64,000 nucleotides of DNA from an uncultured Cytophagales bacterium (GTDB lineage: Bacteria; Bacteroidota; Bacteroidia; Cytophagales; Cyclobacteriaceae): positions 73,707 through 137,706 of the forward strand of contig CAWIFH010000013.1 in the NCBI GenBank assembly GCA_963835365.1, in the 5' to 3' direction. Shown here one piece after another: positions 9,928-20,865 of this stretch (its first letter is position 1; each line of letters starts with the position of its first letter). The notes beneath the pieces are model-generated. The model was not told the origin of the DNA and ran no database searches. It saw nothing but the letters and a program-made list of their open reading frames with translations. The position numbers and the translations under genes are program-made.

Positions 9928-11010
9928 ATGAAATTTCCTTTTCAATTGCTGCTAATGCTGTTCCTACTATCAGGCTGTAAAGATAAGCCGGAAAGCACCC
10001 AACCTGTAGTAGAAGACATTTCTGAATCGGTTTACGCTTCAGGAACTGTAAAGAGTAAGAACCAGTACCAGGTTTACCCCATGGTGAGTGGTACTGTTCA
10101 GCAAATAATGGTAACCGAGGGGGATGAAGTGCAGAAAGGCAGTCCGATTTTAAAAGTGGTGGATGATGCGGCTCGTTTAAATACCGAAAATGCCAGACTG
10201 GCGGCCGAATATGCTTTGGGTAGTACCCATGGAGAGAAACTCAGTGAACTCCAGGCTTCAATAGAGCTGGCCGAAAGTAAAAAGCACAATGATTCCCTGC
10301 TAATGGTAAGGCAGCGTAATCTCTGGAAAAGGGGCATTGGCACCCGGGTCGCGCTGGAGCAAAGCGTTTTAAATTATGAAAATGCCGCTACGGCATGGCA
10401 GTCAACAATTTTCCGTTATAATGATTTAAAAAAGCAACTGGATTTCACTGCCAGGCAATCGAAGAAGAATCTGCAGCTTAGCCAGCTGATGGCAGAGGAC
10501 TATACGGTTAAAAGTGAAACCAACGGGCGGGTATATAGTATCCTGAAAGAAAAAGGCGAGATGGTTAGCCCGCAAACTCCGGTGGCGCTTATTGGCGATG
10601 CCAATGAATATATCCTGGAGTTGCAGGTAGATGAATATGATATTGCCCGCATTAAGACAGGCCAAAGGGTATTGCTGAACCTGGACAGCTATAAAGGGCA
10701 GGTCTTCGAAGCCAGCATCAGCAAGATAAATCCGGCAATGAACGAAAGAACCAGGTCTTTTGTGGTAGAAGCCAGCTTTGTAAAACGGCCTCCGGTCCTC
10801 TTCCCCAATCTCAGCAGTGAGGCCAACATTATAATTCAGCTAAAAAAAAATGCCCTGACCATACCCAGGGATTACCTGCTCGACGACTCTTATGTACTGT
10901 TAGAAGACAATAGGAAAGTGCAGGTGAAAACCGGGCTCAAAGACTACCGGAAAGTAGAAATCGTGGAGGGCCTGAGCCAGGAGGACGTAATCGTAAAACA
11001 TGCGCCATGA
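9928..11010 (+). CDS. Efflux periplasmic adaptor (MFP/HlyD-like) lipoprotein
   Basis: Lipobox LSGC, lipoyl motifs VSGTVQQIMVTEGDEVQKG, coiled coil. Confidence 0.9.
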   Translation: MKFPFQLLLMLFLLSGCKDKPESTQPVVEDISESVYASGTVKSKNQYQVYPMVSGTVQQIMVTEGDEVQKGSPILKVVDDAARLNTENARLAAEYALGSTHGEKLSELQASIELAESKKHNDSLLMVRQRNLWKRGIGTRVALEQSVLNYENAATAWQSTIFRYNDLKKQLDFTARQSKKNLQLSQLMAEDYTVKSETNGRVYSILKEKGEMVSPQTPVALIGDANEYILELQVDEYDIARIKTGQRVLLNLDSYKGQVFEASISKINPAMNERTRSFVVEASFVKRPPVLFPNLSSEANIIIQLKKNALTIPRDYLLDDSYVLLEDNRKVQVKTGLKDYRKVEIVEGLSQEDVIVKHAP

Positions 11011-12266
11011 ATACTCAACTTATTGTAAGAATTGCCCGGTCGCTGCTGCTGGCCCGCTGGCGGCAAAGCCTGGTAGCGGCAGCAGGCGTAACCTTTAGTA
11101 TTGCCATGTTTATTACGTTGCTGGGTTTTATGAATGGGCTAAACGACCTCCTGGATGGCCTGATTCTTAACCGTACCCCCCATGTACGACTCTACAATGA
11201 AATAAGGCCCAGCACCAACCAGGCTGTTAACATGGCTGCTGGCTTCAAACAAGGCTACAATTTTATTCATTCTGTTAAGGCAGGCATTACAAGACAGGAA
11301 ATTTACAACAGTGGCCCGATCATGCAGGCAGTGGCAGAAGACCCCCGGGTACTAGGCGTAGCTCCTAAATTATCGGTTCAGGTATTTTTCAACGAAGGCA
11401 CCATTGATATCTCCGGGGTGATCAGCGGCATAGATGTAGAGGCGGAGAACAAGCTTTTTAACTTTAGAGACTATGTAACGGCCGGTTCTGCTATTGATGC
11501 CAAAAATGTTGCCAACAGTATTATCCTTGGCAAAGGCCTGGCCGAGATTTTGGTGGCCAATATAGGCGATGTGGTGCAGCTAACCACTGCGCAGGGGGAA
11601 CGCTTTTCGCTGAAGGTGGTAGGCTACTTTCAGTCTGGCATCCAGGAGATCGATAAGGCCCAGTGCTATGCTTCCCTTGCTACCGTGCAGAAGCTGCTGG
11701 GCAAACCGGGTAATTATATAACCGATATTCAAATAAAGCTGAAGGATATTGCGCTGGCCCCTGCGGTGGCCAGGGAGTATGGCGAGGTGTTTGAAGTCGA
11801 TGCGGAAGATATACAAACCGCCAATGCCCAGTTTGATACCGGCAGCTCTATCCGGTCGCTTATTTCATATGCTGTAGGAATTACCCTCCTTATAGTAGCG
11901 GGTTTTGGGATATTTAATATCCTGAATATGATGATTTATGAAAAAATGGATTCCATAGCTATTTTAAAGGCCACTGGTTTTTCGGGCAGCGATGTGAACA
12001 GGGTATTTCTGGTAATTGCCCTGAGCATTGGCCTTTTTGGTGGGCTCATAGGGCTGCTATTGGGTTTTATTTTCTCCACCATCATCGATAACATTCCCTT
12101 TGATACGGCTGCGCTGCCTACCATCGAAACGTACCCTATTAACTATAACCCGGTTTTTTATTTTATTGGTGGCTCCTTTTCCCTGATAACAACCTACCTG
12201 GCAGGTTTTTTTCCGGCCCGAAAAGCAAGCCAGGTAGATCCCGTAGAAATTATAAGAGGCAAATAG
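11007..12266 (+). CDS. MacB/LolE (FtsX-like) ABC permease
   Basis: TM1, periplasmic domain, IAILKATGFS, PARKASQVDPVEIIR. Confidence 0.92.
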   Translation: MNTQLIVRIARSLLLARWRQSLVAAAGVTFSIAMFITLLGFMNGLNDLLDGLILNRTPHVRLYNEIRPSTNQAVNMAAGFKQGYNFIHSVKAGITRQEIYNSGPIMQAVAEDPRVLGVAPKLSVQVFFNEGTIDISGVISGIDVEAENKLFNFRDYVTAGSAIDAKNVANSIILGKGLAEILVANIGDVVQLTTAQGERFSLKVVGYFQSGIQEIDKAQCYASLATVQKLLGKPGNYITDIQIKLKDIALAPAVAREYGEVFEVDAEDIQTANAQFDTGSSIRSLISYAVGITLLIVAGFGIFNILNMMIYEKMDSIAILKATGFSGSDVNRVFLVIALSIGLFGGLIGLLLGFIFSTIIDNIPFDTAALPTIETYPINYNPVFYFIGGSFSLITTYLAGFFPARKASQVDPVEIIRGK

Positions 12267-12267
12267 C

Positions 12268-12969
12268 ATGCAAAACAGTATACTGGAAGCAAGGCATATC
12301 AACAAAAGCTTTTATGAGCCCGTTAAGGTGCAGGTGCTCTCCGATATTACCTTTACCGTGGCCAAAGGAGAATTTGTGTCGGTAATTGGCAAATCAGGCT
12401 GCGGGAAATCTACGCTCTTGTATATCCTCTCCACCATGGATACCGATTATGAAGGGGATTTATTGATAGATGGGGAAACCATGACCGGGAAAAGCGATTC
12501 GATATTGGCCCGCATCCGCAATGAGAAAATTGGATTTGTTTTCCAGTTTCATTACCTGTTGAATGAGTTTACTGTGCTGGAGAATGTGATGCTGCCCGGC
12601 CTGAAGCTGGGCCGCTACAGTGAAGAGGAAGTGGAACACCGTGCCCTGGAGCGATTGAAAATGTTGGGGATCGATCGCCTGGCCACCAAAAAGTCGTATA
12701 AAGTATCCGGAGGTGAAAAACAGCGCGTAGCCATTGCCCGTGCCTTAATCAACGACCCGCACATTATTATGGGCGATGAGCCCACCGGCAACCTCGATAA
12801 AAAAAACAGCGAGCTGGTGTTCGATATCTTTAAACAGCTGGCCGAAGAACACCAGCAAACCCTTTTAATTGTTACACACGACCAGAGTTTTGCTGAAAAT
12901 ACAAGCCGCATCATCGAAATGGAAGATGGAAAAATCATCCCTTACCACATACAACCCGGAACAGTCTAA
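12268..12969 (+). CDS. ABC ATP-binding protein (LolD-like)
   Basis: Walker A GKSGCGKST, VSGGEKQRVAIARAL, DEPTGNLD. Confidence 0.95.
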   Translation: MQNSILEARHINKSFYEPVKVQVLSDITFTVAKGEFVSVIGKSGCGKSTLLYILSTMDTDYEGDLLIDGETMTGKSDSILARIRNEKIGFVFQFHYLLNEFTVLENVMLPGLKLGRYSEEEVEHRALERLKMLGIDRLATKKSYKVSGGEKQRVAIARALINDPHIIMGDEPTGNLDKKNSELVFDIFKQLAEEHQQTLLIVTHDQSFAENTSRIIEMEDGKIIPYHIQPGTV

Positions 12970-12985
12970 GTACAGTCGTTCTGCT

Positions 12986-14694
12986 TTAAACAGGCTTTTT
13001 TTGTATGTTCTTTAATACAACGAATTGGGCAGGCTTTAACTTTATCTTTATAAAGTGGTGGCTGCCGCTTTCATTTTTTAATACATGAACCTGCCCCGTA
13101 GCACCATAGCAAAAGTCGAAATAGCTTCCTTCGGGGTTTAAATTCCTGTTAACGGCAATATATTCTTCGTCTTCATTGCTGAGAGAATTGTTATAAACAA
13201 TGAGCATTTCCTCATCATACAATATTCTTGAAAAGGCGAGCATGCAATCATGCTGAACCGGCAAATGGAAATAAAGGCCATCATTGGAGTAGTGGCATAT
13301 GTACATGCGGCCGAACTTCAGTGGCGGACAGCTTTTTCTAATATTTGCAAGCCTGGCGATCTCCTGGTAAATCGTATTGTTTTTATTCAGGGTATTGGTC
13401 GAGGTATCTTCCAGGCCGAACATGGCCTCTCTGATATTCCAGTCGCCTTCTCCCTTTCCCTGGAAACCCTGTTCGGTTCCATAATAAATGCAGGGGGTGC
13501 CCAGGGCACAAAGCAAAAAACCAATGCCAGCAATAATCTGCGCTTCCGTGGCATTAGCTCCAAACCTTTTTTAACGCTTTGGCCCACCTGGTCGTGGTTA
13601 TCTATAAAAGTCACTAAAAACTCGCCGAACTCCCCCCGTAACAGGGCTCCCTTCCGCAGGGATTCATAGCGTTCAATTAATCTTTCAGGGGTTTCTTCTC
13701 CCAGAATAACCCTGGCCAGCACGTGGTAGAGCGGAAAATCCAGCACGGAATTTAAACCATGATAAATGGCCTTGTCTTCGACCTGGATCGAAGTTTTGGG
13801 GCCGATGTAATGGTTATACATTTCTTCCGGTGCCACCAGTTCACCAAAAAGAAAGAAGTTACGTTTGCCCAGTTTATAGGCATATTCCCTGATGTGAGAA
13901 CAAAACTGGCTGATGGTTTTTTCGCCCATATGTTTGACCGCATCGAGCCGGAAGCCGTCAACATCTGTTTCGCGTATCCAGTAGCAGTGGATTTTTGTTA
14001 AAATATCCTGCACATATAGGGCCTCGGGAGATTCATCGTTCTTAAATGTTTTTAAACTGAGAAAATCTCCCTCCCGGGTTTCCGGGTAATTGTCAAAGTT
14101 CCTTATCTGACCTTTTCGCCCATACAGTTCAGCATTCCTTAACTCAAGGGGCGCGGGCTTATTTTTATACCGCCAGTCGCCGAAAGGGAATACCATGCCA
14201 TTGTAGTAGTAATAATCTACATCGCCGGGATAACTCCAGTTGTCGCCGGAGTGGTGCAGGACAATATCCAGAAACACCCGTATTTCCATGGCATGGGCAG
14301 CATCGACCAGGGCGGCCAGGTCTTCCTTCGTCCCGAACGCAGGGGCAATTCTGGTATAGTCCTGAATGGCATAGCCATGGTAAGCTCCTTCATTATTTTC
14401 AAAAACCGGGCTTAGCCACAGGGCTGTGCAGCCCAGGTCCCTGATATAATCAAGGTGACTGGTAATACCTTTTATGGTTCCGCCGCAATTTTTCCGGAGT
14501 GCTTCAGGAGAGCCGAACCCTTTTGTTTTGCCTGCCTGCTTAAGAGGCCTGCGCTTATGGTCATCATGAAAGCGATCCACCATCAGAAAATAAATGAATT
14601 CCTCGCGCCACTCACGATAACAGTTTTTCCAGTAAACCTTTCCTGCTTTTGGCGACAGGTCCAGCTCATTTATCGACAGAATGGGTGATTTCAT
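12986..14694 (-). CDS. GH13 alpha-amylase family protein; one base missing in an A-run near 13570
   Basis: YHGYAIQDY, DGFRLDAVKHM, FIDNHD, PCIYYGTEQG; adding one A joins both ORFs. Confidence 0.88.
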
Positions 14695-14723
14695 GGCCTG
14701 TTTGGGGGGAAACTTTTCCGCTA

Positions 14724-14842
14724 CAAAGGTGAGTGAATTTACGATGGGAGAAGATGATGACTATGCCTGTTTTTGATGATTTAGATCGTCCTTGTCGGAT
14801 GCAATAAGTCATTGATTGCGCTATGCGCCTGCAGTACCTTTA
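14724..14842. promoter_or_regulatory. Divergent regulon A promoters with three boxes
   Basis: Boxes at 14754 (weak), 14776 ATGAtttagaTCGT and 14799 ATGCaataagTCAT; CACCTTTG (minus, 14724) and TACCTTTA (+, ends 14842), both 30 nt from the nearest box. Confidence 0.7.
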
Positions 14843-14867
14843 GAAAGTACTTTTTAACCTCATTGCC

Positions 14868-15170
14868 ATGATAAATTATATGACCATATCGGAAGCTCTC
14901 AGCGGGCTGAAAAAAAGAGGATATACAATTGATTTTAACCTGGTGCCGGCTGGTCTTCAGGCCGGCCTGCTGGCCAGCCCCCTGGCCCCGGATGAATTTG
15001 AAATTACCGAGGTCCATCGTTTTGAGGGCGAGTCGGATCCGGATGATGAAGCCGTAGTATATGCCATAGAATCAAGAACAGGAATGAAAGGAGTGCTGCT
15101 GAATGGGTACGGGATATCAGCAGATGAGGTGAGCAACCAGCTGGTAAAGAAGCTCTCCATCAGGCATTAA
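14868..15170 (+). CDS. Conserved Bacteroidota small protein (often labelled phosphoribosylpyrophosphate synthetase)
   Basis: L..RGYTIDFNL and HRFEGESDPDDEAVVYAIES motifs. Confidence 0.8.
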   Translation: MINYMTISEALSGLKKRGYTIDFNLVPAGLQAGLLASPLAPDEFEITEVHRFEGESDPDDEAVVYAIESRTGMKGVLLNGYGISADEVSNQLVKKLSIRH

Positions 15171-15193
15171 TTTTTTTTACTTCATGGATAGGA

Positions 15194-16079
15194 ATGAACC
15201 CCTGGCCCATAAAAAGGGTATCAGACCTTAGCAGGGAGCCAGATCCACTGCAAATGGAAACGGTTCCGGTTCCTGTTCCCCGGGAGCATGAAATACTGCT
15301 GCGGCTTGCCTGTTGTGGGGCATGCCACACAGAGCTTGATGAAATCGAAGGTCGTACACCTCCGCCGGTTTATCCTGTTGTTCCGGGGCACCAGGGATGG
15401 CGGCTATGCAGAATTTATGCGGGCGGATGAGCATTTTACCTACCGCATACCACCAGGCTTTTCCGATGCCGAAGCAGCGCCGCTCCTTTGTGCCGGCGCC
15501 ATTGGCTATCGCTCCCTTAGGCTGGCAGGGCTGGTGAATGGCCAATGCCTGGGATTTAGCGGTTTTGGTGCTTCCGCACCCCTGGTTTTGAAAATGGCCA
15601 GGCATCTTTATCCCGGCTCCCCAATCAAGGTTTATGCAAGGAGTCCTGAGGAGCAAATTTTTGACCGGGAGCTGGGTACCACCCGGGCTGGTGATATCAC
15701 GAAACATCCTCCCATGAAGGCACATGCCATTATTGATACCACGGCGGATTGGAGTATGGTAACAGGAGCGCTTTTGCAGCTTAGGACAGGGGGGCGGCTG
15801 GTGATTAATGCCATCCGAAAAGAATCAAAGAACCAGGAGGCTTTGGGGAAATCCGGTACCAAGAATCATTTGTGGATGGAAAAAGAAATTAAATCAGTCG
15901 CCAATATCACCCGACGGAATGTGGAAGAATTTCTGACCCTGACAGCAGAAGTACCAATCAAACCTGCTACGGAAACCTATGCTTTCGGGCAGGCAAATAA
16001 AGCCATCCTGGACTTAAAACAAAAACAGGTGAAAGGAGCAAAAGTGATTGTAATCCCAAATAAGGAATTTACAGATTAA
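15194..16079 (+). pseudogene. Zn-dependent alcohol dehydrogenase with an internal out-of-frame deletion
   Basis: CGACHTELDEIEG..PVVPGHQ joined directly to DGGYAE in another frame; structural-Zn Cys loop missing. Confidence 0.8.
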
Positions 16080-16561
16080 AAAACCTCCCGGATTTTGTAT
16101 TCATATGCTTTGTATGAAAAAGTATCATCTTTTTGTTTTCCCTCCATGACTTTATACAAAGGGCTATGGGTGGAAATGCCATATATTTTTGCTCCATAAA
16201 CAATAAAAGGCCCAATGCTGGTAGAAATAAAAAATGTTTTTTTATCGGTTACCACCACACAGCCCTCTTGTATGCTATAGTGATCTTTTTCAGTTAACGG
16301 CAGCAAACTGTAGAGCACCTGCATTTCTTCATTGGCAAAATTCAATTGACCGGCCAGGGCATTTACTTTGAATAATAGTTCGGCGTTGAAAGCTTGTTGC
16401 GAAAGATCGAATTCCCCTTCATTCACTTTTTCTTCACTCTGCAGCAATTCACGGATGTTTTGCTTTAAGTCATCAATTAATGTTTGAAGTTTTTGGATTG
16501 CCCCCTCCAGTATTTTCTTTTTAAATACAGAATGGGTAGTACTTATTAAATGTGTTCCCAT
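16076..16561 (-). CDS. Hypothetical protein with GreA/GreB-like architecture
   Basis: N-terminal coiled coil; IQEGCVVVTD..FFIS..ISTHSPLYKVMEGKQKDDTF. Confidence 0.7.
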   Translation of the reverse strand: MGTHLISTTHSVFKKKILEGAIQKLQTLIDDLKQNIRELLQSEEKVNEGEFDLSQQAFNAELLFKVNALAGQLNFANEEMQVLYSLLPLTEKDHYSIQEGCVVVTDKKTFFISTSIGPFIVYGAKIYGISTHSPLYKVMEGKQKDDTFSYKAYEYKIREVF

Positions 16562-16581
16562 GGCATAATCGTTTATTCATC

Positions 16582-16647
16582 TCAAAATAGAATTATTAAG
16601 TTTCTTTTAAGATGACAAAAATCTCGGCTAACGATGATTTTCATTGT
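16582..16647 (-). promoter_or_regulatory. Regulon A promoter
   Basis: ATGAcaaaaaTCTC 16612; ACGAtgatttTCAT 16631; TATTTTGA (minus) 16582, 30-nt rule. Confidence 0.5.
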
Positions 16648-17200
16648 AAGTTGTGCCTGTAGTCTCTTTGATGATTGCTGGTATGAAAGGGGAATTGTGC
16701 GGTCTTTGAAAAGAAAAAATAATTCTGATAGTCAGCCTGATGCTTTTAATAAGAGGGCCGATGAAGCCCTGCAGGAGCCGGCTTTAAAGAAGACCCTTTA
16801 AGAAAAATTTTTCAATTCGACAGCTGCACAAAAAGGCTGGCTGCAAACAGGTAGTTGTGCCTGTGGTAGGACTATATTTTTACTGAAACTATCCGGCAGC
16901 TGTATGCCGGGGGTATCCGCTGCGGTGGGAAAGCCGGGAATAAATTTTTGATACATGAACCTGTATCCTGCCGGACCACCCTGAATTACTCCTTGAGAAG
17001 ATGGCGTTTCTCTGGTGTCCGGAAATTTATCCCCATTTTACAAAAGCAGTAGCCGCGGAGGAAACCCATAGCTCATGTGGCTGTCTTGCCGACTGTTAGT
17101 GCTTGTTCCAGGTTTCTCTTTCGGGTAAAGCACGAAATAAAACCCTGGCGAGGTGGGTAAAAATACCCGGCAAGGTGACTTAGCTTGCCGAAAAATGAAC

Positions 17201-17236
17201 CTTGAAGCAGATAAGCTGCTTGAAGCAGATAAGCTG
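17201..17236. repeat. Perfect 18-bp tandem duplication
   Basis: CTTGAAGCAGATAAGCTG x2. Confidence 0.9.
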
Positions 17237-17292
17237 AAGGAGCCGGTATCTTACGAATTACTGGATTTCAAAACGTTCCGGGCGCGACATCC

Positions 17293-18048
17293 TTATTGCG
17301 CAACCCACCCACCATCGACCGGCATGGCATGACCGGTTATAAAAGAAGCGGCCTCTGAACACAGCCAAACGGCAGCCGCTGCAATCTCTTCCGGCCGGCC
17401 CATCCGGCCCACAGGCTCTCCGGCGGCCATCGCTTCCTCGCTCATATGGTTCTTCTCCAGGAAACGGTCGATCATCGGCGTTTTAATCACCCCCGGGCAA
17501 ACGGCATTGATCCTGATGCCGGATTTGGCATATTCCAGGGCGGCTGTTTTGGTTAGTCCCAGTATACCATGCTTGGAAGCGGTATAAGCTGCTATGTTGG
17601 GGAAGCCAATCAGGCCGGCAATAGAGGAGCAGTTCACAATTGCTCCTTTTCCCTGCCGCAGCATATGGGGTAGCTGGTACTTCATACAAAGCCAGACACC
17701 TTTCAGGTTGATGCCTAACACTTTGTCCCAGTTCTCTTCACTTACTTCATGAGTTATGGCTGATGCCCCCTCTATACCAGCATTATTGAAAGCATAATCC
17801 AGGCGGCCGAAAGTATCCACCGTCTGGGCAATCATGGCTTTTACCTCACTGTCGCTGGAAACATCACACTTAATATAAATAGCTTCGCCGCCTACCGCGC
17901 GGATTTCCCGCAGGGTTTCTTCGTTATCCACCCAGTCTACCACGACCACTTTAGCTCCCTGCCGGGCAAACAACACCGCCGTAGCCCGACCGATGCCGAA
18001 ACTGCCACCGGTCACGATGGCTACCTTGTCTTGAAACTGCTTTTCCAT
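17293..18048 (-). CDS. SDR family oxidoreductase
   Basis: TGGSFGIG, NNAG, YTASK, VDGG. Confidence 0.95.
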   Translation of the reverse strand: MEKQFQDKVAIVTGGSFGIGRATAVLFARQGAKVVVVDWVDNEETLREIRAVGGEAIYIKCDVSSDSEVKAMIAQTVDTFGRLDYAFNNAGIEGASAITHEVSEENWDKVLGINLKGVWLCMKYQLPHMLRQGKGAIVNCSSIAGLIGFPNIAAYTASKHGILGLTKTAALEYAKSGIRINAVCPGVIKTPMIDRFLEKNHMSEEAMAAGEPVGRMGRPEEIAAAAVWLCSEAASFITGHAMPVDGGWVAQ

Positions 18049-18234
18049 AAAATATTTGTCTTTAATTTATCCGGGATTCCTTAACAGATTATTGGCTTTC
18101 AGGCCAGCGTATCGGGCAGCTTTTGCCGGGATTTTCATCGAAAATATACGCTTAGAAAAATGATAAGCAGGAATCCTGACTTTATTTGAAATAGTGCTAT
18201 GTCATGAATTTATTGAAATAATGGTACTGCAGGA

Positions 18235-18300
18235 ATGATTGTAAACACCGATTCTGCAGACTTTTATCATTACTATTCCGTTGCTAAGCGTTTATCTTGC
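18235..18300 (+). promoter_or_regulatory. Regulon A tandem boxes plus -7 element
   Basis: ATGAttgtaaACAC 18235; CAGActtttaTCAT 18257-18270; TATCTTGC ends 18300. Confidence 0.55.
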
Positions 18301-18936
18301 TTAATGCAGCCTAAGTGGGGCAAAAAATGAAGGGTTTCACCTGTTTGGCGGAAGCATCCCATTGATTATGAGCCTATTTTTTGTGATTTTTATTTCTGAT
18401 ATTTTTAGGAAGATATACTTTTTTGTAACACGGAAATAATTTTGCAGAAATAAAGCTTCGACCGTTTTGCACCAGGAATACTTCAAAAATTATTAATAAT
18501 TATAGGCGCGGGTTCACCCTCCAAATATCGGGGGAAGGTCCCGCCCGTTGCTCCGCAGCGGAAGCAGCCTGCGAAGTCAGTACTAAAAAAACGTAAAGGA
18601 AGAGGTAGCTGAGGCGGATGGGGCGCTTATATCAGCCGCGCGCGGATATAAGCCAGTAGCTCCAGGGTTTTGCTTTAATTAATTTCCTAAGCCTGGAAGC
18701 CAAACTGTTTTTTATAAAGTGAAACCTTAACAGTAAAAACCAGCAGCGGGATCGTGGGAAAATGCGGTACAGGCAATGGTGTAACAGGATAAGTTGATTG
18801 AACAGCCTGGTGTGGTAGGCGATGTAAAACATCACTCTGGAAGACTTTGAACATTCATTTCCCCGGCTGAAAGGCTTATCTTTCTGTATCCAATCTTTTT
18901 AAGCAGAACAGGCAGCAGAAAGGCTTTTTTTAGGCT

Positions 18937-19611
18937 GTGGTTGAAAGGGCTGAAGAGAAAATTTTTAACAGTATGATGATGAGAAAAAAGAAATCTTCGG
19001 AGAACCTGAAGCTACTGACGGCGGTCCTGCTTGCTTATGTGGCAGCCATGCGGATTATTCGACCATGGTACCTGCGATGGGGCACCACTGATGCTGAACT
19101 GGTACAGCCGCTGCCAGGCGATGAGCTAATGGACCACGTGGCTTCCAACCACGCTATTAGCATTCATGCCCCGGCCACGGCCGTATGGCCATGGCTGGTG
19201 CAGATAGGGCAGAACCGGGCGGGCTTTTACAGCTATACCTTTCTGGAGAATCTGCTGGCAGCCGATATGCATAACAGTGACCGCATTAAGCCGGAATGGC
19301 AACAGCTAAAGGTAGGCGATAAGGTACGACTCGCCTCCAAAGCAGTATATGGCGACTTTCCGCTGCTTGAGGTGGCAGCGCTGGAAAAAAATCACTACCT
19401 GGTGCTGAAGGGCTGGGGAGCCTTTGTGCTGCAGCCTGTCGATGCGCACACCATCCGCCTGATTATTCGCTCACATGCCGGAAGGGAAGGGGCGTTTACC
19501 CGCATGGCGCGTTTGCTGCTGCTGGACCCTGTCCACTTTATCATGGAACGCGGCATGCTGCTGGGAATTAAGAAGAGGGTTGAGGGGGCAGAGAGTGTTC
19601 CTTCCCACTAA
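18937..19611 (+). CDS. Hypothetical SRPBCC-like protein (start uncertain, possibly near 18973)
   Basis: RWGTTDAE..LPGDEL..VWPWLVQIGQNRAGFYSY..HFIMERGMLLGIK. Confidence 0.85.
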   Translation: MVERAEEKIFNSMMMRKKKSSENLKLLTAVLLAYVAAMRIIRPWYLRWGTTDAELVQPLPGDELMDHVASNHAISIHAPATAVWPWLVQIGQNRAGFYSYTFLENLLAADMHNSDRIKPEWQQLKVGDKVRLASKAVYGDFPLLEVAALEKNHYLVLKGWGAFVLQPVDAHTIRLIIRSHAGREGAFTRMARLLLLDPVHFIMERGMLLGIKKRVEGAESVPSH

Positions 19612-19899
19612 AGCAGTTCAAAGGGCTTTTTTCTTTGTGTAAAAAGTATAAATGCTAAATGTGGGTTTTCTTAGCTATAGGCAACCAGAATGAAACAAAA
19701 GGCCTCCCTCATAAGGCTCATCTAGGGATAACACCATTTTCAGACGAGAGCCACCAACTATTTTTGGCATCATTACCGTATATGTTGGAATTATAACAGG
19801 AGCGGAAGGCAAGTGCGCTACTCAATTGACCCGCGAAACAGTAAAATGCCGAAGACCCCCATTGACGGCCCTGGCGTATGCCAGCAAAACAGAAAAGAG

Positions 19900-20145
19900 T
19901 CAGGAGGATTTATACAGATTTCTTCGTAAAATATGGTAATTAAAGCCATCGAAGCTGTAGTGTAGCCCGGCCTCCTGTAAAGCGTGGTCGATATCTACCT
20001 GCTTAAGAGATCCCCTGGGCTCGCGGATCTTCTGATGGGGAGCCGGCCGCAGCTTCAGCTGGCTGTTGAAAAGGTTGAGGTAGTTTCCCAGGTCTTCCAC
20101 AGTCTTCAAAGCGAGGTGATCGGCATACACAATAGGGTCCATCAT
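19900..20145 (-). CDS. Hypothetical small protein
   Basis: ATG 20145 preceded by a consensus TAAATTTG -7 element at 20170-20177. Confidence 0.55.
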   Translation of the reverse strand: MMDPIVYADHLALKTVEDLGNYLNLFNSQLKLRPAPHQKIREPRGSLKQVDIDHALQEAGLHYSFDGFNYHILRRNLYKSS

Positions 20146-20212
20146 AAAACATAAAAAGGGTGAAAAGTGCAAATTTAATAGTTTATCATTTTCTACTTAG
20201 GTGTTTAAGGAA

Positions 20213-20695
20213 TTACCAATGGGCCCCCGTATATGTCTTTTCAAACCGGCCACTTCTTTCCGCTATTTTGATGCGAAAAACCACAGGTTTTTGTGGCTTT
20301 TCTATTAGGTGCGGCTTTTCCGGAAGTTCCGGGTCCTCCTGGGGACCTGGCTGCACCGTTTCGCTGATGGCATAAGGACTCAAACGGTGTTGCAGAATCA
20401 GCCTGCCTTCTTCCTGTTCAGTAGGGTACCGGAGCTCTTCATAGGTTCCCCATACAATGACACTGCGCCAGTTGGATAAATTCTCCAACTGATCTACTTG
20501 AAAACATATCGATGGATTTTGTCGCATCATATGAATTTTTTTTCCTTCCTTGGAGTGAGCATAGATATTATTATTATGGTAGGCATAGCTTATAGGCACT
20601 ATATATACCTTACCTTCAGAATAGCATCCAATTCGGCCAGTTATCTGTGACTGGAGCACATGCACTATTTGTTCAGGGTTTAAGGATCCGAGCAT
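20213..20695 (-). CDS. Pyridoxamine 5'-phosphate oxidase-like FMN-binding protein
   Basis: GRIGC..YIVPISY..EGKKIHMMRQNPSICFQVD..WRSVIVWG. Confidence 0.92.
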   Translation of the reverse strand: MLGSLNPEQIVHVLQSQITGRIGCYSEGKVYIVPISYAYHNNNIYAHSKEGKKIHMMRQNPSICFQVDQLENLSNWRSVIVWGTYEELRYPTEQEEGRLILQHRLSPYAISETVQPGPQEDPELPEKPHLIEKPQKPVVFRIKIAERSGRFEKTYTGAHW

Positions 20696-20822
20696 GACCG
20701 TAGCGGTTAATTGTAAATTTATCTCATCAAAGGCAGGAGCTGTAAATTATAGTAGCTAAAAACTGGCGCTCCTGCTTTCCGGCAATGCCAACAGCTGCAT
20801 AAAAGCAAGAGAAGGCTAAGCG

Positions 20823-20852
20823 TTAGCCCTGAATTTCTCCATCCAGGGCTAA
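20823..20852 (-). terminator. Hairpin after the BON gene
   Basis: TTAGCCCTG...CAGGGCTAA. Confidence 0.5.
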
Positions 20853-20865
20853 TCCTCACTGGCAG

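Noticed and set aside
18495-18650. GC-rich patch as a MITE (also 22800-22960)
   Set aside because: TIRs too weak and no second copy in the window
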